Positions 51,195 through 62,749 of a stretch of 64,000 nt of DNA are shown piece by piece. The first letter of the stretch is position 1. Each line of letters starts with the position of its first letter. The DNA lies in NCBI GenBank assembly GCA_965204575.1, contig OZ241993.1:640001-704000 (forward strand). The letters are read 5' to 3'. The notes below the pieces were generated by a model. That model did not search any database, was not told the origin of the DNA, and worked only from the letters and a program-made list of their open reading frames with translations. A program made the position numbers and the translations under genes. The DNA comes from an uncultured candidatus Porisulfidus sp. Lineage in GTDB: Bacteria; Pseudomonadota; Gammaproteobacteria; Poriferisulfidales; Poriferisulfidaceae.

Positions 51195-53297
51195 TCAGAA
51201 CAGGTCTTTGAGCAGTTTCCGCAGAACTTTTCCGGCGGGCTTGCCAGCTTTTTCTTCGACTTTTTCCTCGACCTTGTCGACGATGGACTCCAATCCCTTA
51301 TCAAGCCCTTTGTCCAGTTGTTCCTCGACCAGTGACGACATGTCCAGGGAGTGTGACAGGTTGTCGAACGGTCCTCGGATCCGAACCGGAATCCGCAGGC
51401 TGTCGCCGGACCAGACGTTCAACTGGTAGTCGATCGACGAATGCGGCAGGTCGATGTAACCCAGCCCGTCCAGGGAAATCGCGCCGGCATTCAACTTCAA
51501 TTCGCGACTGGTTAATCGCCCGTCGTTGGCGTCCCAGCTCGCAAGCAGCAGGTCGAACGGCAACTTGCCCTGGGAGGTCGTTTCGCTGGGGCGTCCCTGC
51601 AGTGCTGCAACGGCAGCCTCTACGGCTTGGGCGACCCCTCCGACCTGCAGCACGCCGTTACGCACGGTCAAACTGGCGAAACCGGTCAGCGAAGGCCAAA
51701 GCGTGGCCATGCGGTGTCCGCGCGCGTTGAAGGCCAGGTTCAGGTCGGTCGTGCCCTCGATGGGGGTGTGCCCATGTTCGTCGAACAGGGCGAGCACGCG
51801 GCCGAGTTCCATCTGTTCCAGTTTCAGATCCAGCCGATACAGCGGAATGCCGCCGGAGACGTCCAATTCCGCGCTGGCCTCGACCGTGCTGTCGTTGATT
51901 CTCCCGTCCAGCGATTCGACTTCCCAGAGCCCCTGATTGGCTGTCAGCTGAGTGCGTGTTTCTGCGAATTGAAGCCCTTGCCAATGCAGGCGTTCCAGCG
52001 CTACTTTTGCCACGAGCCTTTGCTGGCGGAGCCAATCGATCGGCAAGCTGCTTGGTTTCGGTGATGCCGCACCTTCGGGATCGGGTTTTTCCTCGGCTTC
52101 GGCTGCCTGATCCTGAGGGAGGTAACGGTCCAAGTCGATCTCGCCCACCTGCAGGTCCAGGGCGAGCCGCGGCCGGTCGAAGTCCAACAGAGAGAGTTCT
52201 CCTCGAATCGGGGTGGAATCCAGCACGGCATCCAGCCCCGACAGCTGGACTCCCTGCGGATGGATCCTGAGATCGCCTTGCCATTTCAGGAACCGCAAAG
52301 CGGTCGGATCCTCCAGGGTTGGCACTTCTTCGTTCCACAGGGCCAGCCAGTGCAGGACGTCGACGCCGGTTCCCTCGACATGTCCCGTCAATTCCGGCTT
52401 TTTGGACAAGGACTTCACCTCCAGAGGGGCGAGCCGCAACTGCGCGCCTTCGACCGTCGCCTCGGTTCCATCGAGGCGAAGAGTGTCGCTTGCCTGGTCC
52501 CAGTGGAAGGATTCGGCCTCAATGGTGGGATTGATGCGCATGAAAGCGAATGCCGGCCCAGTCAGCTCCAGCGTCATGTCCAGGTCTTCCCCGGCGATTT
52601 TCTCTCCGCCGTCTTTCAGGGCGAGATCGGTGGTCATCTGCACTTGGGCATTGATTCGGCTTTCGGCACGGGTGTCGAGCCAGGCCATCAACTCGCCGTT
52701 CAATGCGACCTGCATGTTGCCGCCGGAAGTCAGGTTCTTCAAGTTCAGGTCGAGATCAGAGCCTCGCAGGCGGCGATTGCGCAACTCGTCCCAGATCGCG
52801 ATGGTCCCGTCGGTCAGGTGGATCTCGGCCAGGTCAATGCCGGTCGCTTTGCCCGGGTCGCCTGGGCCGGGGCTGGCGGCACCCTGGGCGGCGAGCAGGT
52901 CGGACCAATTGGTGTGCCCGTTCGACTTCCGCCGCAGCCGCAACTGCAGTCCGTCCAGAAGTACGGAGCGAATGCGCAGTTCGCCGAGCAGCAACGGGAT
53001 GACTTGCAAATACGCTTCGACGCGTTTCGCGGTCAGCATCGGCTCCTGCCCGAACCCCGGAGGGTTGTCGAACGAGATGTCGTGGACCTCGAAGCCGACC
53101 AGCGGCGGGTTCAGGTGCAGGTCCAGGCTGCCGTCGATGGTGAATGCCCGCCCGGTCTGTTCCTCCACTAGATTGATGAGGTCGTCCCGGTAATCGTCGG
53201 GTTCGAACGTCAGCACCAGGTAGCTGAGCGCCAACAGGCCCGCAAGCACCAGCGTCAGGATGCCGAAGGCGGTGTAACGCAGGAGCCTGAACAGCAT
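51195..53297 (-). CDS. asmA: AsmA family protein
   Basis: N-terminal anchor, TGR..IDG.L, TNWSDL, IDLDRYLP; upstream of mutY. Confidence 0.85.
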   Translation of the reverse strand: MLFRLLRYTAFGILTLVLAGLLALSYLVLTFEPDDYRDDLINLVEEQTGRAFTIDGSLDLHLNPPLVGFEVHDISFDNPPGFGQEPMLTAKRVEAYLQVIPLLLGELRIRSVLLDGLQLRLRRKSNGHTNWSDLLAAQGAASPGPGDPGKATGIDLAEIHLTDGTIAIWDELRNRRLRGSDLDLNLKNLTSGGNMQVALNGELMAWLDTRAESRINAQVQMTTDLALKDGGEKIAGEDLDMTLELTGPAFAFMRINPTIEAESFHWDQASDTLRLDGTEATVEGAQLRLAPLEVKSLSKKPELTGHVEGTGVDVLHWLALWNEEVPTLEDPTALRFLKWQGDLRIHPQGVQLSGLDAVLDSTPIRGELSLLDFDRPRLALDLQVGEIDLDRYLPQDQAAEAEEKPDPEGAASPKPSSLPIDWLRQQRLVAKVALERLHWQGLQFAETRTQLTANQGLWEVESLDGRINDSTVEASAELDVSGGIPLYRLDLKLEQMELGRVLALFDEHGHTPIEGTTDLNLAFNARGHRMATLWPSLTGFASLTVRNGVLQVGGVAQAVEAAVAALQGRPSETTSQGKLPFDLLLASWDANDGRLTSRELKLNAGAISLDGLGYIDLPHSSIDYQLNVWSGDSLRIPVRIRGPFDNLSHSLDMSSLVEEQLDKGLDKGLESIVDKVEEKVEEKAGKPAGKVLRKLLKDLF

Positions 53298-53301
53298 TAG
53301 C

Positions 53302-53790
53302 CTAGGACGAGGCGGTTTCGCGTGCCCAGTCTCCCGAGCGGCCCCCGGACTTGCGCAGCAGCCCGATCTCCTGGATGCGCATTCCCCGGTCGACGGCTTT
53401 GCACATGTCGTAGATTGTCAGCAGGGAGATTTGCACCGCCGTCAGGGCTTCCATCTCGACCCCGGTGGGTCCCTTGGTTTCACAACGCGCGAGGCAGTGC
53501 ACGGCAGGAGGTTGATCCTCCAGTTCGAACTCGACTGATGCATGGGTCAGGGACAATGGATGGCACAGCGGGATCAATTCCGCAGTTCGCTTGGTGGCCA
53601 TGATGCCCGCGGTGCGCGCAATGCCGAGCACGTCGCCCTTGCGGTGGGTTCCTTCTCGAATCTGCTCCAGGGTTTCCGCCTGCATCAGGATGCGCCCTTC
53701 CGCTTCCGCTATGCGGTGTGTGGATTCTTTCTCTGAAATGTCAACCATGTGGGCTTCACCCCGGGCGTTGAAGTGTGTCAGGTCGGCCAT
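53302..53790 (-). CDS. moaC: cyclic pyranopterin monophosphate synthase
   Basis: [35 protein letters not shown]. Confidence 0.96.
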   Translation of the reverse strand: MADLTHFNARGEAHMVDISEKESTHRIAEAEGRILMQAETLEQIREGTHRKGDVLGIARTAGIMATKRTAELIPLCHPLSLTHASVEFELEDQPPAVHCLARCETKGPTGVEMEALTAVQISLLTIYDMCKAVDRGMRIQEIGLLRKSGGRSGDWARETASS

Positions 53791-53834
53791 GTTCTGGAAA
53801 TCAGCGAATCCGTCTATTGTATGTCCATATCGGC

Positions 53835-54683
53835 TTATCGGGTCCGCCGTCCGACGGCTGTGATTGGCACTGTGGCGGTTTCACCGTGAGCACGCGAAAC
53901 AGGCGCAAGGGCATGCCCGAAAATAACCTCGTAAGTCGCGTGGACCCGCCCCTGATCGTCGATTGGATAGGCATCGGTCAGGGCTTGCCACTGATGTCGG
54001 GTGCAGGGCTGTTCGGCCGGGGAGTCGATACGACTTGAACCGATGCCCTTCAGTTCAATCATCAGGTCTCGAACCGACGCATAAGAGGCGTCTAACCGCT
54101 CGACGTCAAGAACCGGATCCTGATAGCCTTCTTCCAGCAGCAGGTCACCGATGGGGTGCATGTCGCTGAACTCGTTGACGCCGCCTTCCATGCCTGCCGC
54201 CTGTTGTGCGGCATGCAGTTCCTGCAGGGTGTCCGGGCCATAAGTCGAGAACATCAGCAGCCCGCCGGGGCGCAGCACGCGGCTGATCTCCCGCAGGGAC
54301 TCGGCCAGCGGCACACACCACTGCAAGGTGGAGCTTGAAAACACCAGGTCGGCCGTGCCGGGCGCGAAAGGCAGATGAAACGCGTCGGCCACGACGGAAG
54401 AACCGGGCTGTCCGCGCCTTTGATTCTGCCGCAGCATGGCGTGCGAGAAGTCGACCGCGACAACCCGGGCCTGGGGGTAGCGCTGGCGCAACTGCGCCGT
54501 TCCGTCCCCGGTTCCGGCACCCAGGTCCACCACGCATCCGGGATCCAACTGGACCAGGTCCAGTCGTTCGAGCAGCCGAAGGGTGATTTCGCGTTGCACG
54601 CCTGCAAACTCGTCGTAACGAGCCGCCGCGCGGTCGAATCTCCTGCGCAGTCTTGCCTGCCGGGAGTGATCCGGCTCGTTCAT
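53835..54683 (-). CDS. bioC: malonyl-ACP O-methyltransferase
   Basis: [37 protein letters not shown]. Confidence 0.9.
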   Translation of the reverse strand: MNEPDHSRQARLRRRFDRAAARYDEFAGVQREITLRLLERLDLVQLDPGCVVDLGAGTGDGTAQLRQRYPQARVVAVDFSHAMLRQNQRRGQPGSSVVADAFHLPFAPGTADLVFSSSTLQWCVPLAESLREISRVLRPGGLLMFSTYGPDTLQELHAAQQAAGMEGGVNEFSDMHPIGDLLLEEGYQDPVLDVERLDASYASVRDLMIELKGIGSSRIDSPAEQPCTRHQWQALTDAYPIDDQGRVHATYEVIFGHALAPVSRAHGETATVPITAVGRRTR

Positions 54684-55414
54684 CCGAGTGACTCCCAGAA
54701 TGTGCGCATCAGCTCCGCACACTGGCCCGGTTCCGACAGCGGCAGGGCATGCCCGGATCGGGGGACGAGGTCGAAGCGGGCCTCGGGGCGCAAGGTGTGC
54801 AGAGCCCGGCCTGCGTCCGCCGGAATCAGCGCGTCGCGTTCTCCCAGGATGCACTGTTGCGGGACCCGGCATCGGGTCCACGTCTCGCGCAGGTCCGTGT
54901 GTTCAAGCAGGTCCAGTCCCCGTTCGAGAGTCGGGCGGTCCGGAATCGATGTGGCCTGCAGTTGATCGCGGATTTGCTGGGCTTGGTCGTCGCCATGGGC
55001 GACCAAGGTCGCAAAATAGCGCATAGCGGCTTCAGAGTCCAGCTGGATGCGCTGGCGGAAGTCCTCGAATGCCGAAGCCCCGATGGCATGGGGCCAACCC
55101 TCGCGTTCGACCATGCAGGGCAGCGAGGCAAGCAGGGTCAACGAGCGCGGGCGAAGCCCGCCCTCAATGGCGGAAAGCGCCACCAGGCCGCCCATCGACC
55201 AGCCGACCCAATGCGCATCCTCGTATTCCGCCAGTTGCTCGGAATCCCGGCCATTGGACCGGCCGGGGGTTCCGTCGTACCCCGCGAGCGTGAGCCGGCG
55301 AACCGTATAATTGGCAGCGAGCCGCGTCGCGACCGGTTCCCACACGAATGAATGAAACCCGAATCCGTGAATCAGGATCACCGACGGTTTGCTTTTGGAA
55401 TCCGAGTTGGTCAT
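54680..55414 (-). CDS. bioH: pimeloyl-ACP methyl ester carboxylesterase
   Basis: LIHGFG..S.VW, GWSMGG, GERDALIP, SGHAL; upstream of bioC. Confidence 0.85.
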   Translation of the reverse strand: MTNSDSKSKPSVILIHGFGFHSFVWEPVATRLAANYTVRRLTLAGYDGTPGRSNGRDSEQLAEYEDAHWVGWSMGGLVALSAIEGGLRPRSLTLLASLPCMVEREGWPHAIGASAFEDFRQRIQLDSEAAMRYFATLVAHGDDQAQQIRDQLQATSIPDRPTLERGLDLLEHTDLRETWTRCRVPQQCILGERDALIPADAGRALHTLRPEARFDLVPRSGHALPLSEPGQCAELMRTFWESLG

Positions 55415-56030
55415 GAGTGCTGAAGTTCACCAGTTTCTTGTGCTGCTGAGCGTGGTGCTGGGCAGTTATCTGCTCGGCGCGGTCAACAGTGCTTTGATTA
55501 TAAGCAGGGTCTTTGACCTGAAAGATCCGCGCACCGAAGGTTCCGGCAATCCGGGTGCGACCAACATGCTGCGGGTCAGCAAGAACAAGAGATGGGGTGC
55601 GATGACCCTGGCCGGGGATGCCGGCAAGGGAGCGCTGGCGGTTTGGCTGGCCTCCTATTTTGCCGGAGAAAGCCTCCCTTCCTCTTGGCCGTCGCCGGAA
55701 GTGTTGGCTGCCGTCATGGCGGTGGTCGGGCACGTATGGCCGATCTACTACCGTTTTCAGGGCGGCAAGGGTGTGGCGACGCTGGCCGGGGTGATGGCGG
55801 TGCTGAATCCGCTGCTGCTGGCGATGGGACTGGCGACCTGGCTGTTCGGGTACGGGCTGTATCGGCGGGTATCGGCCGCCTCCATCGCGGTGAGTGCGGC
55901 CTTGCCGTTCTATGCCTGGGCGGTGCACCGGGACTGGGACCTGGTGTGGGCGGGCCTCTTTCTGGGCATCGTGGTCGTCTACCGTCACCAGGAGAACCTA
56001 CGCCGTCTTCTGCGCGGCGAGGAGGACTGA
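55413..56030 (+). CDS. plsY: glycerol-3-phosphate acyltransferase
   Basis: SYLLG, GSGNPGATN, GHVWPI..FQGGKGVAT, RHQENL.RL. Confidence 0.95.
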   Translation: MSAEVHQFLVLLSVVLGSYLLGAVNSALIISRVFDLKDPRTEGSGNPGATNMLRVSKNKRWGAMTLAGDAGKGALAVWLASYFAGESLPSSWPSPEVLAAVMAVVGHVWPIYYRFQGGKGVATLAGVMAVLNPLLLAMGLATWLFGYGLYRRVSAASIAVSAALPFYAWAVHRDWDLVWAGLFLGIVVVYRHQENLRRLLRGEED

Positions 56031-56077
56031 ATCTAAACCGCGAGGGTTTTGCATTGCGACGGGTTCGTTGGACTTCC

Positions 56078-56335
56078 TTACTTCGTCCAGGGATCGATGG
56101 GGCGGGGCGGGGCGGTGTCGCGTTGCACAAAGCCCGCGAATTCCTCGTCCGTTAACCGGGCGCGCTGGCCGACAGTGGTGAGCAACGACCCCAACGCGGC
56201 CCTCCCTTCCGGCAGGACTGTTTCCTCCAGAATAGCGCGCACCTCGACCTCGGTGCTGCGGCCGCGAAGGGCGGCCCGCACACGCAGGGCGCGATGCACC
56301 TCGGCCGGTACATTTCGGACAATCAAAGTGGCCAT
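56078..56335 (-). CDS. FitA/StbC-like RHH antitoxin (orphan)
   Basis: MATLIVRNVPAEVHRALRVRAA..GRSTE.EVRAIL. Confidence 0.85.
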   Translation of the reverse strand: MATLIVRNVPAEVHRALRVRAALRGRSTEVEVRAILEETVLPEGRAALGSLLTTVGQRARLTDEEFAGFVQRDTAPPRPIDPWTK

Positions 56336-56439
56336 AGTCAATCCCCAGTCATGATGAAAGCATTATCTACGTGATGGTTTCGCTTCAAGCGGGGCATGCC
56401 AATGCTTTTGGATGTGGGTGACCCATATGAAAGTTTCCG

Positions 56440-57600
56440 CTATCGCACTTCGGATTCTTCGGTCAGAACATCCAGGTATTGCTGGTGGCCAAAGAGACGA
56501 TTGCGTTTCTTCCCGGTCAGTTCGTGCACAATGCCAAGCTGCTCCAGCAATTTCACCCCGGCGGCTACGGCCGTATATGAAAGCCCCGTGTTTCGGGCCA
56601 TCTCCTGGAGGGATGCGATAGGGCGTTTTTGCAGCACTTGGTGTACTCGGAGCGCCGACCCGGCTTTGCGTCCTTCCTGCTGAATTCTTGCCCGGTCCTG
56701 TTCGAACATGTCGAGTAGACGCCGCGCGGTGGAGACGGCCCCTTGGGCGGTTTGCGTCACGCCGTCGAAAAAGAATCTGAGCCATGCCTCCCAGTCGCCG
56801 TTCTCCCTCACCTCATCGAGGAGTGCGTAGTACCGGTCCCGGTGCTGCTTGAAATAGAGACTCAAGTATAAAAGTGGCTGGCGTATGACGCCCGCGTTGT
56901 ACAGCGCGAGAGTGATCATCAGGCGGCCGACCCGGCCATTGCCGTCCAGGAACGGATGGATGGTCTCGAACTGGACATGGGCGAGACCTGTGCGCAGCAG
57001 TACCGGCAACCCATGCTTTTCGTCGTGGTAGAACTGCTCCAGGTTGCCCATGCAGGTTTCGACGTCATGGGGGGGCGGAGGCACGAAGCGCGCCCGTCCA
57101 GGGCGTGTCCCGCCGATCCAGTTCTGCGTCCTGCGGAATTCTCCCGGCATTTTTTCGCTGCCGCGGCCGTGGCTGAGCAACTTGCCGTGGATTTCTCGGA
57201 CGAGCCGGTTGCAAAGCGGGAACCCCTCCTCTAGTCGGAAGATTCCATGTTCCAACGCCGCGACATAGTTCGAGACTTCGATGACGTCGTCCAAGGGAGC
57301 GCCGGGTGCCTCTTCGAGCTCGAAGAGCAGAAGATCCGACAAGGTGGACTGGGTGCCCTCGATCTGAGAGGACAGGACCGCTTCCTTGCGCACATAGGTG
57401 TAGAGGAACTGGTGCACGTCAGGCAGGAGCGTGGACAGGCTGTCCAGTTGGCCGAGTGCCAGCAGTGCTTCTTCCATGGATCCCTGGAGAACGCCCAGGT
57501 CCAGCGAGGGCTCGGGCGGAAGAGGGTTGGGCACGAAAGCGCGCACCGTTTCACTGCCGGTGTGGGTGGTACTGAACTGGCCTGTGGGTCCCCGCCTCAT
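56440..57600 (-). CDS. Fic family protein with N-terminal Fic_N and C-terminal HTH
   Basis: EAVLSSQIEGT, HPFLDGNGRVGR, TGKKRNRLF. Confidence 0.92.
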   Translation of the reverse strand: MRRGPTGQFSTTHTGSETVRAFVPNPLPPEPSLDLGVLQGSMEEALLALGQLDSLSTLLPDVHQFLYTYVRKEAVLSSQIEGTQSTLSDLLLFELEEAPGAPLDDVIEVSNYVAALEHGIFRLEEGFPLCNRLVREIHGKLLSHGRGSEKMPGEFRRTQNWIGGTRPGRARFVPPPPHDVETCMGNLEQFYHDEKHGLPVLLRTGLAHVQFETIHPFLDGNGRVGRLMITLALYNAGVIRQPLLYLSLYFKQHRDRYYALLDEVRENGDWEAWLRFFFDGVTQTAQGAVSTARRLLDMFEQDRARIQQEGRKAGSALRVHQVLQKRPIASLQEMARNTGLSYTAVAAGVKLLEQLGIVHELTGKKRNRLFGHQQYLDVLTEESEVR

Positions 57601-57620
57601 GGTTTACCTTGTCGCGAAAA

Positions 57621-57732
57621 TCAAAATAAGCAATCCCGTTATTATTATTTCATGCCTAAATAAAAATAACAAGCCTTTTTTGGTCAGGTTATTATGGAAT
57701 TGAAAATAAGAAAATGTCTTATTATTACTTCA
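57621..57732. repeat. two AT-rich imperfect 32-bp repeats, 80-bp period
   Basis: TCAAAATAAGcaatcccgTTATTATTATTTCA (57621) and TGAAAATAAGaaaatgtcTTATTATTACTTCA (57701). Confidence 0.65.
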
Positions 57733-57853
57733 GGGGTAAATCATAATAATAAATTCTTCGTGTCGGTTGCCCAGAATGGAATGGGAATCCGGCATGGTGC
57801 GGAATTGAGAAAAGGACGCGTTTCAAAGACACAGCAAGTAGAATAAGGATCAA

Positions 57854-57927
57854 GCGGGTGTAGTTCAATGGTAGAACTTCAGCTTCCCAAGCTGATAACG
57901 AGGGTTCGATTCCCTTCACCCGCTCCA
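57854..57927 (+). tRNA. tRNA-Gly (CCC)
   Basis: GCGGGTGTAGTTCAATGGTAGAAC-TCAGCTT-CCC-AAGCTGA...GGTTCGATTCCC...CGCTCCA. Confidence 0.95.
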
Positions 57928-57940
57928 CTTTTGAGAACCG

Positions 57941-59035
57941 ATGAGCGATCCGGCCACCGTCGCGAAGACTGAACCGCAGGCTTTCATGCGCAGCGTTCTG
58001 CAGCGCATTGCGACCGGGCCCGAATACAGCAAGGATCTCCCGCAGGAAGAGGCGCGGGCCGCGCTGAACCTGATTCTGGACGGCCGGGCGGACCCGGTGC
58101 AGGCAGGGATTTTCTTTATTGCATTGCGCATGAAGCGGGAAACCCTGGAAGAAAACACCGGTTCGCTGGAAGCGCTGCGCGACCACACCGAGCCGGTGGT
58201 GGCGGACGTCACTCAGGTCGTGGATGTTGCAGAACCCTATGACGGCTTCGTGCGCGGGCTGCCGGTCGGGGCGTTCCTGCCGGCCGTGTTGAGTGCCTGC
58301 GGGCTGCCGGCGGTCTGCCATGGCGCCGAGGCGGTTGGGCCGAAGTTCGGAGTGACGCCGCGGCAGATTCTTCGCGCCTGCGGCGCAAACGTGGATCGCA
58401 CGACTGCAGAAGCAGCCGCACAGATCGGAGATCCCAAGTGTGGCTGGAGTTACGTGGATCAGTCACAGTTCTGTCCTGCCCTGCACCAGTTGCTGGAATT
58501 CCGCACCCGCATCGTCAAGCGCCCGGTGCTGACGACGGTGGAGGTGCTGCTCGCGCCGGTGCGCGGCCGCGACGCCACCCATTTGGTTACCGGCTACGTG
58601 CACAAGCCCTACCCGCCGGTATATGCGCACCTGGCCCGTGCCGCAGGGTTCGATTCCGCACTGATCGTGCGCGGCGTGGAGGGCGGCGTGTTTCCCTCGC
58701 TCAAACAGGCCGGGAAGGCGTTCGGGTTCCACGGGGACGAGGAAGAGACGGAGTGGGACTTCCACGCCGACGACCTGGATTTCACGCACGACAGTCGCGC
58801 GGTGCCTCTGCCGGATGGCGACCTGCCGACGGAGCAGATGGCGCAGGCGGCAGCCGAGGCCGGGATTTCGGCGTTGGCCGGGCAGGCGGGGCCGGCCAAG
58901 GACAGCCTGCAATATGCCGCGGCAATGATTCTGTCGCACCTCGACGGCAGCCGGGACATTCGGAGCCATTACTCCAGTGCGTGCGAAGCCATCGACAGTG
59001 GCCGGGCACGGGCACGTTTCGAAGCGGGTACGTGA
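57941..59035 (+). CDS. anthranilate phosphoribosyltransferase-like protein (YbiB/TrpD2 family)
   Basis: IATGPEYSKDL, QAGIFFIALRMKRET, GYVHKPY, RGVEG; lacks the TrpD GTGGD motif. Confidence 0.75.
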   Translation: MSDPATVAKTEPQAFMRSVLQRIATGPEYSKDLPQEEARAALNLILDGRADPVQAGIFFIALRMKRETLEENTGSLEALRDHTEPVVADVTQVVDVAEPYDGFVRGLPVGAFLPAVLSACGLPAVCHGAEAVGPKFGVTPRQILRACGANVDRTTAEAAAQIGDPKCGWSYVDQSQFCPALHQLLEFRTRIVKRPVLTTVEVLLAPVRGRDATHLVTGYVHKPYPPVYAHLARAAGFDSALIVRGVEGGVFPSLKQAGKAFGFHGDEEETEWDFHADDLDFTHDSRAVPLPDGDLPTEQMAQAAAEAGISALAGQAGPAKDSLQYAAAMILSHLDGSRDIRSHYSSACEAIDSGRARARFEAGT

Positions 59036-59466
59036 TGGCCATGGACGAATCGACCCAAGTGAGTCTGGAAAGCGGCATCGCGGCGTTCGCGTCCAAGCAG
59101 TTTTCGCGTGCGCTGCAACTGTTGACCCCGCTGGCTGAGGCGGGAGAGCCGGAAGCCCAGTACCGATGCGCGATCATGTGCCAGAATGGATTGGGTTGCG
59201 TGGTGGATGCCGGACGGGCTTTTACCTGGATGACTGCGTCGGCCGAAGCGGGTCTGGCATTGGCGCAACACGGCTTGGGGTTCATGTACATGGAGGGTGA
59301 ATGTGTTGAACAGGACGGGGAGAAAGCCGTGTACTGGTACGAAAAGGCGGCAGCTCAGGGACTGGCCGGCTCGCTGACCACGCTGGCCATGATGTACGAA
59401 GAAGGAAAACTGGTGCCGCAGGATACGGAGCGGGCCCGCGCCTTGTACAAAAAAGCAGGGTTCTGA
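59035..59466 (+). CDS. Sel1-repeat protein
   Basis: AQYRCAIMCQNGLG, AQHGLGFMYMEGECV, WYEKAAAQG. Confidence 0.9.
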   Translation: MAMDESTQVSLESGIAAFASKQFSRALQLLTPLAEAGEPEAQYRCAIMCQNGLGCVVDAGRAFTWMTASAEAGLALAQHGLGFMYMEGECVEQDGEKAVYWYEKAAAQGLAGSLTTLAMMYEEGKLVPQDTERARALYKKAGF

Positions 59467-59472
59467 TTACAT

Positions 59473-60518
<1,046 letters not shown>

Positions 60519-60519
<1 letters not shown>

Positions 60520-61652
60520 TGCCGGCGGCGCGCGACGCGAAGACCCGCCTGGCACAGGCCCGCACCCGGTTGGTCCTGGATCGACCTTTCCTTGGCGCCC
60601 TGGTGCTGCAATTGCCGCTGGTGGAAGAGGAGGACTGGTGCCGCACCACTGCCACCGACACACAGAGTTTCTACTACAACCCTGCCTATATTGATCGTCT
60701 GACCGGTGAGGAGATCCAGTCAGTACTCTGCCATGAGGCTCTCCACTGCGCGCTGCTGCACTTGCATCGGAAAGGACACCGCGTACGGGGACGCTGGGAC
60801 GTCGCCTGTGATTATGCGGTGAATTGCCTGCTGGTCGCCGAGGACATGGTGCTCCCCCAAGGCGCCTTGTACGAACCGAAGTTCGCAGATCTTACAGCGG
60901 AAGAAATCTATCCTTGCCTTGACGAAATGGAGGACAAGCGGACCCAGGACTTGCATCTGTACAGCGATTCGTTGGGCCGGGAAGATCCGGCGGCCGGACC
61001 CCGCCCCCTCAGTTCGGCAAAGCAGAATGCCATGGCGGCGACCTGGCAAGCCCGGGTTTCGCGCGCCCTGGATGCGACTCGGCAGGCCGGGCGCCTGTCC
61101 GAGAGCTTCGAGCGGCATTTCTCCCCGCAACTGATGCCGCGCCTACCTTGGCGGCAGTTGCTCGCCCGTTACACCGGTGCGCTGGCACGTGACGACTACA
61201 GTTACCAGCGCACTTCGACGCGACGCGAAGGCCCTGCAATCTACCCAAGCCTCCGTGGGCGCGAAATCAATCTGGTCACTGCACTGGATGTCAGCGGTTC
61301 AATCTCTGATGCCGAGATCGCGGAATTCGTCGGCGAGGTCAACGCGCTCAAAGGAACCCTTCGCGCCCGCATCACGCTGCTGGCGTGTGATCAGGAACTG
61401 TCCTCGGAAGGCCCGAAAGTGTTCGAACCTTGGGAGACGCTGGAGCCTCCGACCCAAGTTAGCGGCGGCGGTGGTACTTCGTTCCGGCCAGTCTTCGAAT
61501 GGGTGAATCGTCAGGACCGAATGCCGGACCTGCTGCTGTATTTCACGGATGCCCGGGGCCGTTACCCAAAGACCGAGCCGCCTTATCCGGTACTGTGGCT
61601 GGTCAAGGGCCGCGCGCCCGTGCCGTGGGGCGAGAGAATCCAGTTGAACTGA
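60519..61652 (+). CDS. DUF2201-type metallopeptidase-like + vWA domain protein
   Basis: TATD, HEALHC (HExxH), ACDYAVN; MIDAS-like DVSGS, GGGGTSFRPVF, YFTD. Confidence 0.85.
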
Positions 61653-61657
61653 TCACG

Positions 61658-62749
61658 GTGCTGGCCGAGCCCGACCTGTTGCGCATGAACGTGCTGTTGA
61701 CTCAGCCGCTGCAGGCGGTCCGTATCGATGAGTCGCGGATGTGCCTGGAGGCTCTGACCGAGCAGGGCGAGGCGCGAGTGTCGCTGCATCCGAACACTCG
61801 TCCGGAATCCTACCTGCGCGAAGTGCGTGCCCTGCTGTCCACCCGGATTCTGGGTTCTCCGGGAGGGTATCCGCTGTACATTCGACGCTGGACCCGGATG
61901 GGCCAGGCACGTGACGATGGCTCACTGGAGCGGTTGTTGCTGCTGGGTGAACCGGAGGCGGTGGCGGCGGTGGTCCATGCGCCGGGACTGACGGAGGAGT
62001 TGGCGCGACGGGCCTGGTGGGTGGAACCGAACTCCGAACACGCCCGGCGGATGCTGGATAGCCCAGCTGTTGCCGACAGTGCGCTGGGCGCGACGCTGGT
62101 GGAATTTCTCCTCGAATTCCTGCCATTCGAGGAGCGTCCTGGCGACATCATTGCCTCCTTGCAGCGTCTGCTGCGTCACTCGTCATTGACGGAGGAGCAG
62201 CGGTCCGCCTTGTGGCAACGCGCCCAGCGCCAGTCCACCTACATGGTCGGATTTTTATCGGCGGGTGCCGAGTGCTTGCCGGAAATGCGCCCCCCGCACC
62301 CGAAACTCGAAGAGGTCCGGGCTGAAATCGGCCAAGATTCGGAAGACCTGCTCGCACAACGTCTTCTGTGGGCTCTCGATGCATCCGGACAGGGTTTTCT
62401 CGCGGCCGCCCAAAAAGCCCTCGCTCGTCCACCCAACCAAGACGTGGTGGTGGCCCTGTTGAACGCGATCGGGCAGGGGTTCGCCCTGCCTGAAGCCGCT
62501 GCATCGTTCCGCACGTTCAATGAACTGGAGAAGAGAATTGATGCTTTGCCAATCCAGGCCCCGTGGGAGGAAAACCCGGATTTGTCCGAATTCCGCCGTT
62601 CGGTGTTGTGCTTGGCCCGGGTCGGTGAGCGATTGTTGGATCCGATTTTTGGTGTGAGCGATGCGGTGGGGTCGGTCATGCGCCGGCGGATCGAACCGGT
62701 CGTCCAGCCGATCAGGGAATATTTGGAATGCCTGTCTGGCCATGAATGA
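61658..62749 (+). CDS. dsrS: sulfur oxidation protein DsrS-like (start uncertain)
   Basis: LRMNVLL...AVRIDESRM...LGSPGGYPLYIRRWTRMGQ...LLLLGEPEAV...ELARRAWW; C-terminal AVGSVMRRRIEPV. Confidence 0.75.
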   Translation: MLAEPDLLRMNVLLTQPLQAVRIDESRMCLEALTEQGEARVSLHPNTRPESYLREVRALLSTRILGSPGGYPLYIRRWTRMGQARDDGSLERLLLLGEPEAVAAVVHAPGLTEELARRAWWVEPNSEHARRMLDSPAVADSALGATLVEFLLEFLPFEERPGDIIASLQRLLRHSSLTEEQRSALWQRAQRQSTYMVGFLSAGAECLPEMRPPHPKLEEVRAEIGQDSEDLLAQRLLWALDASGQGFLAAAQKALARPPNQDVVVALLNAIGQGFALPEAAASFRTFNELEKRIDALPIQAPWEENPDLSEFRRSVLCLARVGERLLDPIFGVSDAVGSVMRRRIEPVVQPIREYLECLSGHE

